A stretch of DNA of 64,000 nt, taken from Escherichia coli (GTDB taxonomy: Bacteria; Pseudomonadota; Gammaproteobacteria; Enterobacterales; Enterobacteriaceae). How positions within the stretch are numbered: position 1 is the first letter of the stretch; every line of letters starts with the position of its first letter. Both the position numbers and the translations under genes were made by a program. Where the stretch lies: NCBI RefSeq assembly GCF_051903065.1, contig NZ_CP178438.1; one strand, given 5' to 3'. This document shows positions 52,965 through 60,978 of the stretch, one piece after another. Under the pieces are notes generated by a model. The model made no database searches. It saw only the letters and a program-made list of their open reading frames with translations, and was not told the DNA's origin.

Positions 52965-53019
52965 GATCAATCCCCTGAATAAAAACCGGGGATGATGCCA
53001 GTTAGCCATTATCTCTGCA

Positions 53020-53045
53020 TTTTCTTAAACGTTGGTTTGGGAGAA
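53020..53045. repeat. hix/gix-like 26-bp inversion site (left)
   Basis: TTTTCTTAAACG-TT-GGTTTGGGAGAA; bottom strand reads TTCTCCCAAACC-AA-CGTTTAAGAAAA; shares 14 bp with the right site in inverted orientation. Confidence 0.75.
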
Positions 53046-53468
53046 GGTTCGGCATTACCCGTTGGTGTGCCTGTTCCGTGGCCTTCTGCAATACCGCCTA
53101 CTGGCTGGCTGAAATGTAACGGTGCGGCTTTTTCTGCCGTTGAATATCCTAAACTGGCGAGGGTTTACCCGACAAATAAATTACCTGATTTACGCGGTGA
53201 GTTTATTCGTGGCTGGGATGATGGGCGTGGAGTGGATAGTGGGCGCGCGTTATTATCAACTCAAACAGATGAATTTAAATCACATAGTCATTATTTCGAA
53301 AGAACATGGGCACAAACTGGATTTGATACAACAGGTGGATATTATCTTTTAGCCGCTGATGTTTCTGGCTCAGTAAATCAACAGAGATCCGATAGCACTA
53401 ACTCGGTGGGGGGGAGAGAATCTCGCCCTCGTAATATTGCATTTAACTATATTGTGAGAGCTGTGTAA
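53033..53468 (+). CDS. alternative tail-fibre C-terminal segment, promoterless in this orientation
   Basis: Frame continuous through the left site; encodes GLGEGSALPVGVPVPWP...LPDLRG...SHSHYF...NIAFNYIVRAV, the P2 gpH-type C-terminal pattern. Confidence 0.75.
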
Positions 53469-54073
53469 TGGATAATGCTGTATTAAATAGCGAACATATT
53501 GCTACGAAGGCTGGAAATGTTACTGTTTATAACTTTGACGGTGAAACGCGAGAGTATATTTCCCCATCTATTGAATATATTGCCGTTGGTGTCGGTATTC
53601 CGGCATATTCATGTTTAGATGCTCCTGCCACACGTAAAGATGGTTATGCTATTTGCCGTTCTGCAGGCTTAAACTCATGGGAATATATACCAGACCATCG
53701 CAGTGAAATTGTCTATAGCACTGAAACAGGAGAATCAAAAGAAATCACAGCTCTGGGGGATTACCCTGAAAATACAACCATTATCGCCCCATTAACGCCA
53801 TACGATAAATGGGATGGTGAGAAATGGGTGACGGATACCGAGGCACAGCGTAGCGCCGCAGTAGACGCGGCAGAAGCACAGCGCCAGTCGCTGATTGATG
53901 CTGCTATGGCTTCCATTAGCCTGCTTCAACTGAAATTACAGGCCGGACGGAAGCTGACGCAAGCAGAAACAACCCGACTAAACGCCGTGCTGGATTACAT
54001 TGACGCGGTGATGGCAACGGATACCAGCAACGCGCCGGGGGTTATCTGGCCAGTTCCACCTGAGATGGTTTAA
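53468..54073 (+). CDS. tail-fibre assembly chaperone (Tfa/gpG-like) for the alternative fibre segment
   Basis: 201 aa, start overlaps upstream stop (TAATG); C-terminal pattern ...TDTSNAPGVIWPVPPEMV typical of Tfa proteins. Confidence 0.8.
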   Translation: MDNAVLNSEHIATKAGNVTVYNFDGETREYISPSIEYIAVGVGIPAYSCLDAPATRKDGYAICRSAGLNSWEYIPDHRSEIVYSTETGESKEITALGDYPENTTIIAPLTPYDKWDGEKWVTDTEAQRSAAVDAAEAQRQSLIDAAMASISLLQLKLQAGRKLTQAETTRLNAVLDYIDAVMATDTSNAPGVIWPVPPEMV

Positions 54074-54225
54074 TCTCAATCAGAATGGGTTCGCCCTTCT
54101 CGTTAACAGATATTTCCATTCCTTCAGGGATTTCAGATGCAGTAAAAAACCAGTTATCTTCTGGTAATTCAACAGCCCCGGTCACGTCATGAAGACCGGG
54201 GATTACTTCAGTCAAAGTAACAGGA
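54042..54225 (-). CDS. short ORF downstream of H (possible truncated or non-canonical Tfa); uncertain
   Basis: Only about 61 codons are open after the H stop in this frame and no ATG with a clear RBS is present; the track's 95-aa ORF overlaps H. Confidence 0.25.
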
Positions 54226-55617
54226 TTAAACAGGCGCACAATAAACTCTCCAAGAAAAAGCACTTGTTGATGGTCTTCCGTCGTACATCTGGCAGCGGAC
54301 ATAAAAACCGGTATTAGTGACCTGGTCATCCACGATCATTGAAACGTGAACGTTATTAGATGTGCTCCCGTAATCCGTTCTTATTCTTTCCGCTATGCTG
54401 ATAAAACGTGAAAGCTTAGGTAGCGCAATTGGATAAACGACTTTAGCCAGTCCATTATCATTAGAACCACCCGTTCCAAAGACTTCTATTGCACCATCTG
54501 ACCAGCGTATCCATGCACCATTGGCATTAGCTCCTCGTTGAATGACATATCTGGCTTCTCCCAAACCAAGGTATGCGAGAAGACCAGCTACATCCTTTCC
54601 ACTCAAATTGGTAAGCGTATTGTCCAGCGGTTGTTTACCTGCCAGCGCATTAAGCATTGTCGTGGCAAAGTTCGGATCATTCCCCAGTGCCGCCGCCAGT
54701 TCGTTCAGTGTATCCAGTGCCGCAGGTGCAGAACCCACCATTGCTGCAATCGCTGATTTCACAAAAGCCGTGGTGGCAATCTGTGTATTGTTGACCGACT
54801 GTGCCGCAGTAGGTGCGGTTGGCGTTCCGGTGAGTGCCGGACTCGACAGCGGCGCTTTCAGTGCCAGTGCATTGTTAATGGTGGTACTGAATTTCGGATC
54901 ATTGTTAATGGCTGCGGCTATTTCTTTCAGCGTGTCCAGCGTGGCTGGCGCACCATTAATAAGAGCCGTCAGAGCCGCCTGAACAAACGCGGTGGTCGCA
55001 ATCTGCGTGGTGTTATTCCCTGCTGCTGGCGTTGGCGCTTTGGGTGTCCCGGTAAACGTCGGACTTTCTTTGGGTGCATACTGTGAATGCGGGTCCGGTG
55101 CGGCAAGATGTTTTGCCATCTGATCATCCGCGTACACCTTCAGCTCCAGTGCCTTGTCATCCACATACTTGCGGGTTGCCAGCACTACAGCAGGGTCGAT
55201 TTTCAGGGTGATATTGTCCGTGCTGCTGGTAATCAGCACCATGCGCACGGTCTGAGTGCGCCCGCTACCTTCAGCCAGTTGCGGCTTATAGCTTTCCGGG
55301 CAGTTGCCCACGGCAATCAATGCCTCGGACTCATCAAACAGGCCCACTTCACGAATCCACCAACCGCCCTCGTTTTCAGGGATCACCTGTTCGGCAATAA
55401 TCTGGCTGCTGTTCTGCGGGTCGATATAGAGCATATTCAGCGCAGCCCGGCGTTTCTCATTTACCAGTGCAGTCTGCTTTGAGTCTGGCGTTGGCAATAC
55501 TCCGCCGCCATCGCCGACCGCCATATGGGTAATTTTTAGCGGCACACCGAGCGCGGCGGCGCTGGCAAGTTTCGCCGCGCCAATATCCGTCAGCAGGGTA
55601 TAAAATTTTGTGCTCAT
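54226..55617 (-). CDS. H: tail fibre protein (P2 gpH-like), currently expressed variant
   Basis: 463 aa; conserved N-terminal part, two about 70-aa Ala/Thr-rich repeats, junction ...AYLGLGEA at the right inversion site, then a distinct C-terminal domain ending YCAPV. Confidence 0.88.
   Translation of the reverse strand: MSTKFYTLLTDIGAAKLASAAALGVPLKITHMAVGDGGGVLPTPDSKQTALVNEKRRAALNMLYIDPQNSSQIIAEQVIPENEGGWWIREVGLFDESEALIAVGNCPESYKPQLAEGSGRTQTVRMVLITSSTDNITLKIDPAVVLATRKYVDDKALELKVYADDQMAKHLAAPDPHSQYAPKESPTFTGTPKAPTPAAGNNTTQIATTAFVQAALTALINGAPATLDTLKEIAAAINNDPKFSTTINNALALKAPLSSPALTGTPTAPTAAQSVNNTQIATTAFVKSAIAAMVGSAPAALDTLNELAAALGNDPNFATTMLNALAGKQPLDNTLTNLSGKDVAGLLAYLGLGEARYVIQRGANANGAWIRWSDGAIEVFGTGGSNDNGLAKVVYPIALPKLSRFISIAERIRTDYGSTSNNVHVSMIVDDQVTNTGFYVRCQMYDGRPSTSAFSWRVYCAPV
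54546..54571. repeat. hix/gix-like 26-bp inversion site (right), inside H
   Basis: TTCTCCCAAACC-AA-GGTATGCGAGAA; 12-bp imperfect inverted half-sites around a central AA, close to hixL as recalled. Confidence 0.75.
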
Positions 55618-56219
55618 GGATTCACTCTCATTGTGTCAATAACATGGACCGCCCCGCCTTCATGCGCGGTGCCGCCAGAAATAATTGTTTCGTTGATATA
55701 CGGATAGATCGTGATTTCTTCGCCAAGATAGCTGGCGGCTCCCACCCAATGCGGGCCGCTGGTCTGCAGATTGATGGACATGCCGATCATGTGGCGGCTA
55801 CATGGTTTGGCATCGCTTATCAGTCGCTCAAGTTCCAGATAGGTATCTTCAGTGATGCCCTGGTCCTGCACGCCGATATCCAGGCGAAACGTGCCCGGAG
55901 CCTCTCCGGTCTGCCACCACTCAATAATGCGGATCAGGAATCCGAACGGTTCCACCACCCGCCGCACGGCACTGGTGGTTCCTTTATGCTGATGAATATA
56001 AAAAGCATCCTTCACTACCTGGCGTTTGACGCTTTCTGTCCAGCCCTCGTCCCAGCGATCCACAGAGAACGCCCAGGCGAGATAAGGCAGGAAGCTGACC
56101 GGGCAGGTAGCCGGATTCCACAAGTCACGCAGCGGCACCTGCAGATCAGAAATCCCGCTACAGGTTTGCGCCAGTCGGCGCTCCAGTGAAGTTGAACCCG
56201 GTGGCAGCAGACTATTCAT
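55614..56219 (-). CDS. I: baseplate protein I (P2 gpI-like)
   Basis: 201 aa between J and H, overlapping start/stop on both sides. Confidence 0.8.
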   Translation of the reverse strand: MNSLLPPGSTSLERRLAQTCSGISDLQVPLRDLWNPATCPVSFLPYLAWAFSVDRWDEGWTESVKRQVVKDAFYIHQHKGTTSAVRRVVEPFGFLIRIIEWWQTGEAPGTFRLDIGVQDQGITEDTYLELERLISDAKPCSRHMIGMSINLQTSGPHWVGAASYLGEEITIYPYINETIISGGTAHEGGAVHVIDTMRVNP

Positions 56220-57120
56220 CCGTTCCTCCGTTGGTTACGCTCCACTGCGTACATGATGCCGCCTGTGTTTTGTTCAGGACCACATCCGCCAGAGGAGAAG
56301 CCAGCTCCACACGCTGCACACCCTCAACATGCAGGGCGGCAAAGATGGCGCTACGGCGAATATCCCGACCAAGACGCGTCTGACTGGCGATGTACTTCTG
56401 CAGGCTGGCTTTTGCCGCTGCCATTACCGGCTCTGCTTCCGGTCCCGGATAGAGAAAAATGGTGGCTTCCACGCGATACGGGATGATTTCTGCGCTGCGA
56501 ACCGTCAGACGGTCAGCCACCGGGCGGACGTTCTCACTGTTCAGAGCTTTTTCCACCACGTCCAGCAGGTCTTTTTCTGCAGTTCCATCGCCTTCGCGGC
56601 TAAGGACAGTCAGCACCACCTCTGCAGGTGCCGGGCTGGTTGCACTGGCATCCGCCACCCGACCGTCGGCGCTTCGGGCATGAAATTCATAAGCTGCAGT
56701 TGGCCCCGCAACAGAAAGCCCTTCAAAGGCTGCAGGCACACGCAGGCGTAACGCTTCATCGCTTTCCATCACAGCTGCAACGGGCGGCACAGCATCATTA
56801 TCAGCAGGCGTCACCGTCAGGCGTGTCACGTTGTAGTTGGCAGCGAGCTGGTCAAGATCGCCGCCCATCGCGTAAGCCACCATCACCGCCTGCGCGGCTT
56901 CGTTAATGCGCTGGCGCAGAAGCAACTCACGGTAAGCGTTCTCCTGCAACAATTTAGTGACGGGTTCAGATTCCAGTTCCAGCGTTCGGATCACGGCTTC
57001 CTGCTCATCTTTCGGATGAAGCGCCACAAATTCTGCCTTGCGTTCGGCAAGCAGCGTCTCAAAGTCCGGCACATCCACAATCTGCGGTGCAGGCAACTGC
57101 GAAAGGTCAATCACTGCCAT
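56212..57120 (-). CDS. J: baseplate protein J (P2 gpJ-like)
   Basis: 302 aa from ATG at 57120 (MAVIDLSQLPAPQIV...), matches the gpJ sequence pattern recalled for P2. Confidence 0.88.
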   Translation of the reverse strand: MAVIDLSQLPAPQIVDVPDFETLLAERKAEFVALHPKDEQEAVIRTLELESEPVTKLLQENAYRELLLRQRINEAAQAVMVAYAMGGDLDQLAANYNVTRLTVTPADNDAVPPVAAVMESDEALRLRVPAAFEGLSVAGPTAAYEFHARSADGRVADASATSPAPAEVVLTVLSREGDGTAEKDLLDVVEKALNSENVRPVADRLTVRSAEIIPYRVEATIFLYPGPEAEPVMAAAKASLQKYIASQTRLGRDIRRSAIFAALHVEGVQRVELASPLADVVLNKTQAASCTQWSVTNGGTDE

Positions 57121-57466
57121 TCTCTGCTCCTGTTGATACGGAAAGGGACACAGGCACACCGTTATTCCGCCGCCCGGTCAGCTCCACCACCATAGAACCG
57201 TCAAAGTTGCTGTTGATGGTGATGGAATCCAGCGTCAGCCGTGGCTCCCAGCGACTCAGCGCCACATACACTGCCGACATGACCTGCAGGCGTAATGCCG
57301 GATTTTGTGGCTGATCTATTAAAACCGACAGGAGGGAACCATATTCCCGGCGGGCAATACGGCTACCCTGCGGTGTCAGCAGAATGTCCCGCACCGACTG
57401 GCGCAGATGATCAATATCAGTAATGACTTTGCCGCTGGTATTGTTCATCCCGCTATAAAGCGTCAT
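57107..57466 (-). CDS. W: baseplate protein W (P2 gpW-like)
   Basis: About 115-119 aa, motif SRWEPRLTL; position between V and J. Confidence 0.85.
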   Translation of the reverse strand: MTLYSGMNNTSGKVITDIDHLRQSVRDILLTPQGSRIARREYGSLLSVLIDQPQNPALRLQVMSAVYVALSRWEPRLTLDSITINSNFDGSMVVELTGRRNNGVPVSLSVSTGAENGSD

Positions 57467-58041
57467 ACCGGGCCTCCGGTTGTATCGCCGCCTTTCAGGA
57501 CGCCAGTATGCTGATGCGCATCAACCACGATCCCGTTAGAACTCATCGCTCCGCCGCCCTGGGTAACGCCACCATTGATCACCACTTCGCTGTTAATGCG
57601 CGTGCGGTCAGCCTCCAGTACAAACTCACTGGTTTTCATGGTGATGTTGTCAGCAGCCTCAATGACCATTGATTTGATGCCCCTGACATACCAGCGCCCG
57701 GTGGCGGGTTCGTATTCAAACCAGCCACCGTCAGGATGTTCTGTCACGCAGGCGTCCGCCGACGTCGACGGTGGTGCGAACTGATTCGAATAGACAGCGG
57801 GCAGCGCAAAGGCGGTTTCCAGATTGCCGCCCAGACTCAGCAGCACCACCTGCTCACCTTCCGATGGTCGCCACCATGTACGGGCATTCCCGGCACGCAG
57901 CGTCAGCCAGCTGATCCAGTTGGTTTCAAGCTCGCCCGTTTTCACCCGGCAAAGCCAGTTTTCCCTGTCCACTTCGGTGACTACCCCTGTGCGGATCAGG
58001 TTGGTGATAAGGCGCATGATTTCGGTTAATTGTGCGTTCAT
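57463..58041 (-). CDS. V: baseplate spike/assembly protein V (P2 gpV-like)
   Basis: 192 aa; first gene downstream of a TGT-N12-ACA dyad. Confidence 0.82.
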   Translation of the reverse strand: MNAQLTEIMRLITNLIRTGVVTEVDRENWLCRVKTGELETNWISWLTLRAGNARTWWRPSEGEQVVLLSLGGNLETAFALPAVYSNQFAPPSTSADACVTEHPDGGWFEYEPATGRWYVRGIKSMVIEAADNITMKTSEFVLEADRTRINSEVVINGGVTQGGGAMSSNGIVVDAHQHTGVLKGGDTTGGPV

Positions 58042-58087
58042 AGGGAAAGGTTGCCATCAGGGGAAGAAAGGCGGCAATGCTGCAACT

Positions 58088-58105
58088 TGTATCAGTGCTG
58101 ATACA
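58088..58105. promoter_or_regulatory. Ogr-box-type dyad TGT-N12-ACA upstream of V (late promoter candidate)
   Basis: TTGTATCAG-TGCTGA-TACAA; extended perfect 9-bp inverted arms; centred about 55 bp upstream of the V start. Confidence 0.6.
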
Positions 58106-58109
58106 AAGA

Positions 58110-58556
58110 TCACCCCGCCAGCCATTGCAGAATCATGTCACGGGTCATTGCCTCAACATCATCATTTACACCCAGAAGGCGACGCTCTGCGTAACGCACC
58201 TCCGGTCCCTTACGACTGACGCGATCTCGCAGGCCGTAATGGTGAACGCGGGCAATGCGCTGCACCTTGCCTTCAAACTGCACGCTGGCAGAGTCGGTGC
58301 TGGCGGCAGTTTTCAGGTATTTTGTGGTGCGCAGCTTTGCAAACATCTGACGTTTGATACGGCCTTTTTTACTGCGTGCTGTTACCCGTCGCGGTTCATA
58401 GCTGCTGCCGTCAGGGTTGCGCTGCATCCTGATATTCTGCTGCTGTGTCCGGCGAAGTTCCTGCGCCAGCTGGCGCATCATGCGGCTTCTCGTGGCTGGT
58501 TCCAGATTCGCCAGCAAGGCACTCAGCCAGTCGTCCACCTTCTGCAGTTCAGCCAC
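58110..58556 (-). CDS. S: tail completion protein S (P2 gpS-like)
   Basis: 148 aa; position and size. Confidence 0.78.
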   Translation of the reverse strand: MAELQKVDDWLSALLANLEPATRSRMMRQLAQELRRTQQQNIRMQRNPDGSSYEPRRVTARSKKGRIKRQMFAKLRTTKYLKTAASTDSASVQFEGKVQRIARVHHYGLRDRVSRKGPEVRYAERRLLGVNDDVEAMTRDMILQWLAG

Positions 58557-59001
58557 GTTTCACCGTCCACATTTCTTCAGGTGCATCAGGTTCCGCTATA
58601 GCTTCAACGCTCGACACACTGCCGTCAGTGCTGACCAGCACACGCTCCGTCAGTTGCAGGTTCAGGCTGATATCACAGACATCGTTGCGCAGAATATCCA
58701 CCTCAAAGGTGAATAACTTTTCCCGTAAAGCTGGATTATTGATGGCATCGGGCTGGTTATCCCGCAGCCACAGCAAAACCGGGGCCATCAGCAGATTCTG
58801 GTCGCCGCTGAAATCCTCAATCACCACGTTCAGGGTGTAGCGGTACTCCCATGACATGGAGCTGGCCCCCGTGGCAACCAGCGAACCGTTATCCACAAAC
58901 AGATGCAGTTTGTCCGGGTTATTGCGGACATAAGGCACCGCCTTATTGAGTGCGTGGCGCAGGGATTGTGGTTTGTTCACTATTTCGCTCCTGACACGCA
59001 A
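58549..59001 (-). CDS. R: tail completion protein R (P2 gpR-like)
   Basis: 150 aa; position and size. Confidence 0.78.
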   Translation of the reverse strand: MRVRSEIVNKPQSLRHALNKAVPYVRNNPDKLHLFVDNGSLVATGASSMSWEYRYTLNVVIEDFSGDQNLLMAPVLLWLRDNQPDAINNPALREKLFTFEVDILRNDVCDISLNLQLTERVLVSTDGSVSSVEAIAEPDAPEEMWTVKRG

Positions 59002-59233
59002 TAATCATGTCCACTTTGTCTGCACAGACCGCCCAGGCGGCCTCCGTTTCATCCAGCAACGCGTTCAGATCACCGTTAGTGTGCGGCGCTGTCTGATCCA
59101 GCCGACACGGCGTCACTCGCGGACAGCCACTGACGGTAAGCTGCACCTCCGGTGAATGCCGGGCGTTTCCGCAGCCGGATAATGTCAGCAGGCAAAGGAG
59201 TATCAGCCCAGCGGCGTAAATCCTCGTTCTCAC
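58943..59233 (-). CDS. lysC: outer-membrane spanin lipoprotein (LysC/Rz1-like), embedded in lysB in another frame
   Basis: Lipobox LLTLSGC, Pro-rich mature part; starts within lysB and runs into R. Confidence 0.6.
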   Translation of the reverse strand: MRTRIYAAGLILLCLLTLSGCGNARHSPEVQLTVSGCPRVTPCRLDQTAPHTNGDLNALLDETEAAWAVCADKVDMIIACQERNSEQTTIPAPRTQ

Positions 59234-59504
59234 GTTTCAGTTCCTCGATCCGGTGTTGTCGTTGACTCAGCAGCGCGCTAGTCTGTTCTGCTTCGGCATA
59301 GAGCCGCGCCTGCTCCCGGTTATTGGTTTCAGCCAGAATGGACAGACCGATCAGCTGGCTGTTTTTCTTCGTCAGTTCCTGCGCTTTACTTTTCAGCGCC
59401 GTGCGCTGCGTTTCGATGGTGTGGCTGGCGCTGTTAAGCCGCCACGACTGCCAGCCCAGCGCAACGAGTGCCAGCGCCACCACTACTGCCAGTGCACGCG
59501 TCAT
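59076..59504 (-). CDS. lysB: inner-membrane spanin (LysB/Rz-like)
   Basis: 142 aa; N-terminal TM segment, coiled-coil periplasmic part. Confidence 0.75.
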   Translation of the reverse strand: MTRALAVVVALALVALGWQSWRLNSASHTIETQRTALKSKAQELTKKNSQLIGLSILAETNNREQARLYAEAEQTSALLSQRQHRIEELKRENEDLRRWADTPLPADIIRLRKRPAFTGGAAYRQWLSASDAVSAGSDSAAH

Positions 59505-60016
59505 AGTCCAGCTCCTTTAAGGCACCAGGCCATCTCCCGCGCACGGCGGTTATCCAGCCCCTGATTAAACACACCTTTTACATACACCCAGCGCGGCAAC
59601 TGTCGGCACGCATCCGCCCAGCGCCGCTGATTGAGCAATTTCACCAGCGTGGAACTACAGGCATTGCCCGTCCCCACGTTGAAGGCAAACGACACCGTAG
59701 CGTCATACACCTTCTGCGGTGGCTGTTGCTTCACACACCTTTCCAGCGCCCGCTCCACACGTAGCACGTTGGAGATCAGCCCTTCCGCTGCCTGTCGTTC
59801 CGTAATGGTTTTGCCTGGAATGACGCCAGATGTATTACCAATGCCGTCGGTCCAGACACCCGCGCTGCACTGATACGGCTGCAGACGACAGCCTTCGTAA
59901 TCGGCAATCAGTTTCAGCCCCTCCACGGAGGTGTGAAGCTGCTGAAAACCCGGCAGCGTGGCAGCAATAGCCAGCACGGCCCCGACAAGGCAGCGTTTAA
60001 CGATTGATGGATTCAT
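59501..60016 (-). CDS. K: endolysin, T4-lysozyme-like with SAR-type N-terminal segment
   Basis: 171 aa; N-terminal Ala/Gly-rich hydrophobic stretch CLVGAVLAIAATLPG then EG-x-RL...Y...GVWT-GIG lysozyme pattern. Confidence 0.8.
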   Translation of the reverse strand: MNPSIVKRCLVGAVLAIAATLPGFQQLHTSVEGLKLIADYEGCRLQPYQCSAGVWTDGIGNTSGVIPGKTITERQAAEGLISNVLRVERALERCVKQQPPQKVYDATVSFAFNVGTGNACSSTLVKLLNQRRWADACRQLPRWVYVKGVFNQGLDNRRAREMAWCLKGAGL

Positions 60017-60212
60017 AGTCCTCCCGCGAGATCTGCCCGTCGCGCAGAAGCTGGTAGGCTTTGTGTTTGTAGTACCAGTTGATAGCCAGCATCAGCACAC
60101 CAATCATCAGGCCGCCCAGCGTTGAGGCATCCTTGATGGACAAATCGCCCAGCCAGGCCAGCACAACGGCGATGCAGTACGTGATAAAGGCGCTGATTCG
60201 CTCAAGCGTCAT
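59997..60212 (-). CDS. small two-TM holin (pinholin-like)
   Basis: 71 aa, two hydrophobic helices and charged C-terminus, immediately upstream of the endolysin. Confidence 0.7.
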   Translation of the reverse strand: MTLERISAFITYCIAVVLAWLGDLSIKDASTLGGLMIGVLMLAINWYYKHKAYQLLRDGQISREDYESINR

Positions 60213-60215
60213 AAT

Positions 60216-60419
60216 TCAGTCCCATAGCTGGACGGTCTGCACGGTGGTGGTGGTCGGAATGTCCGGCAGCTCCACCTGCAGCCCGTGAGGTAAAAAGGGG
60301 CCATATTCGGCAAGCCCCGGATTTGCCTTCAGTACCTGCTCCGTGACACCCTGCGTGCGCCCGTAATGACGCCAGCAAAGCGCGTCCACCGTGTCATACT
60401 GATGCGCACGCACTTTCAT
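60216..60419 (-). CDS. X: tail protein X (P2 gpX-like)
   Basis: 67 aa, same size and position as P2 gpX. Confidence 0.75.
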   Translation of the reverse strand: MKVRAHQYDTVDALCWRHYGRTQGVTEQVLKANPGLAEYGPFLPHGLQVELPDIPTTTTVQTVQLWD

Positions 60420-60946
60420 CAGATAAGCTCCACTGTGCAGTGCGGCGCATCCTGCACCCGGCTGATGGCCCAGCGGGCGTCACGCCACAAATCACCGCTT
60501 GATTCCGCCAGTTCCTCGCTCCGCTTCACACCGGATGCCGTGGCGTCATAGTCCTGGTAACGTTCGTTGAGCATGGCGCGAGCCCAGCAGTAAACCGCGT
60601 TGAAATAGTGCTGAATGCGCTCACTTTTCCCGTCCAGCTGTTCCGCCGGAACCTCAGCCAGCGACGCATACCCCAGCATCTGCTGGCGTCTGCGAAACTC
60701 ATACAGCTCTGCGTTAACCTCCGAAATTGCCGACAGCGCAACCTGCTTTAAACGCGGCTGCGTCACCGTGCCGTCAGTGCGCATGACACTGCGAAACTCC
60801 GACAGGTCCACATCAGGCCAGAACGGCGTATTCCTGATGATTTCCGCCTGTTCCGGTGCCTGTTCTGGCGCAACAAACTTCATGCTGCTTTCTCCTGAAA
60901 TAGAGGGCGGTGGACGGGGTTTTGATGTGGCAGTGCCTTTCGCCAC
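60419..60946 (-). CDS. L: head completion protein L (P2 gpL-like)
   Basis: 175 aa; position downstream of M. Confidence 0.78.
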   Translation of the reverse strand: MAKGTATSKPRPPPSISGESSMKFVAPEQAPEQAEIIRNTPFWPDVDLSEFRSVMRTDGTVTQPRLKQVALSAISEVNAELYEFRRRQQMLGYASLAEVPAEQLDGKSERIQHYFNAVYCWARAMLNERYQDYDATASGVKRSEELAESSGDLWRDARWAISRVQDAPHCTVELI

Positions 60947-60978
60947 CCCGTGCCGCCCGTGCGCGGGGGCACGTTCTG

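Noticed and set aside
52965-53009. 15-codon N-terminal extension of the invertase ORF (MANWHHPRFLFRGLI)
   Set aside because: Invertase family proteins begin at the conserved M-L-I-G-Y-V-R-V-S motif; the extension would run into the inversion site.
52992-53032. N-terminal 13 codons of the 158-aa ORF (MMPVSHYLCIFLN...) as a real translation start
   Set aside because: The segment reads as the C-terminal part of a tail fibre and begins inside the inversion site; it is more plausibly expressed only after inversion as a fusion to the constant part of H.
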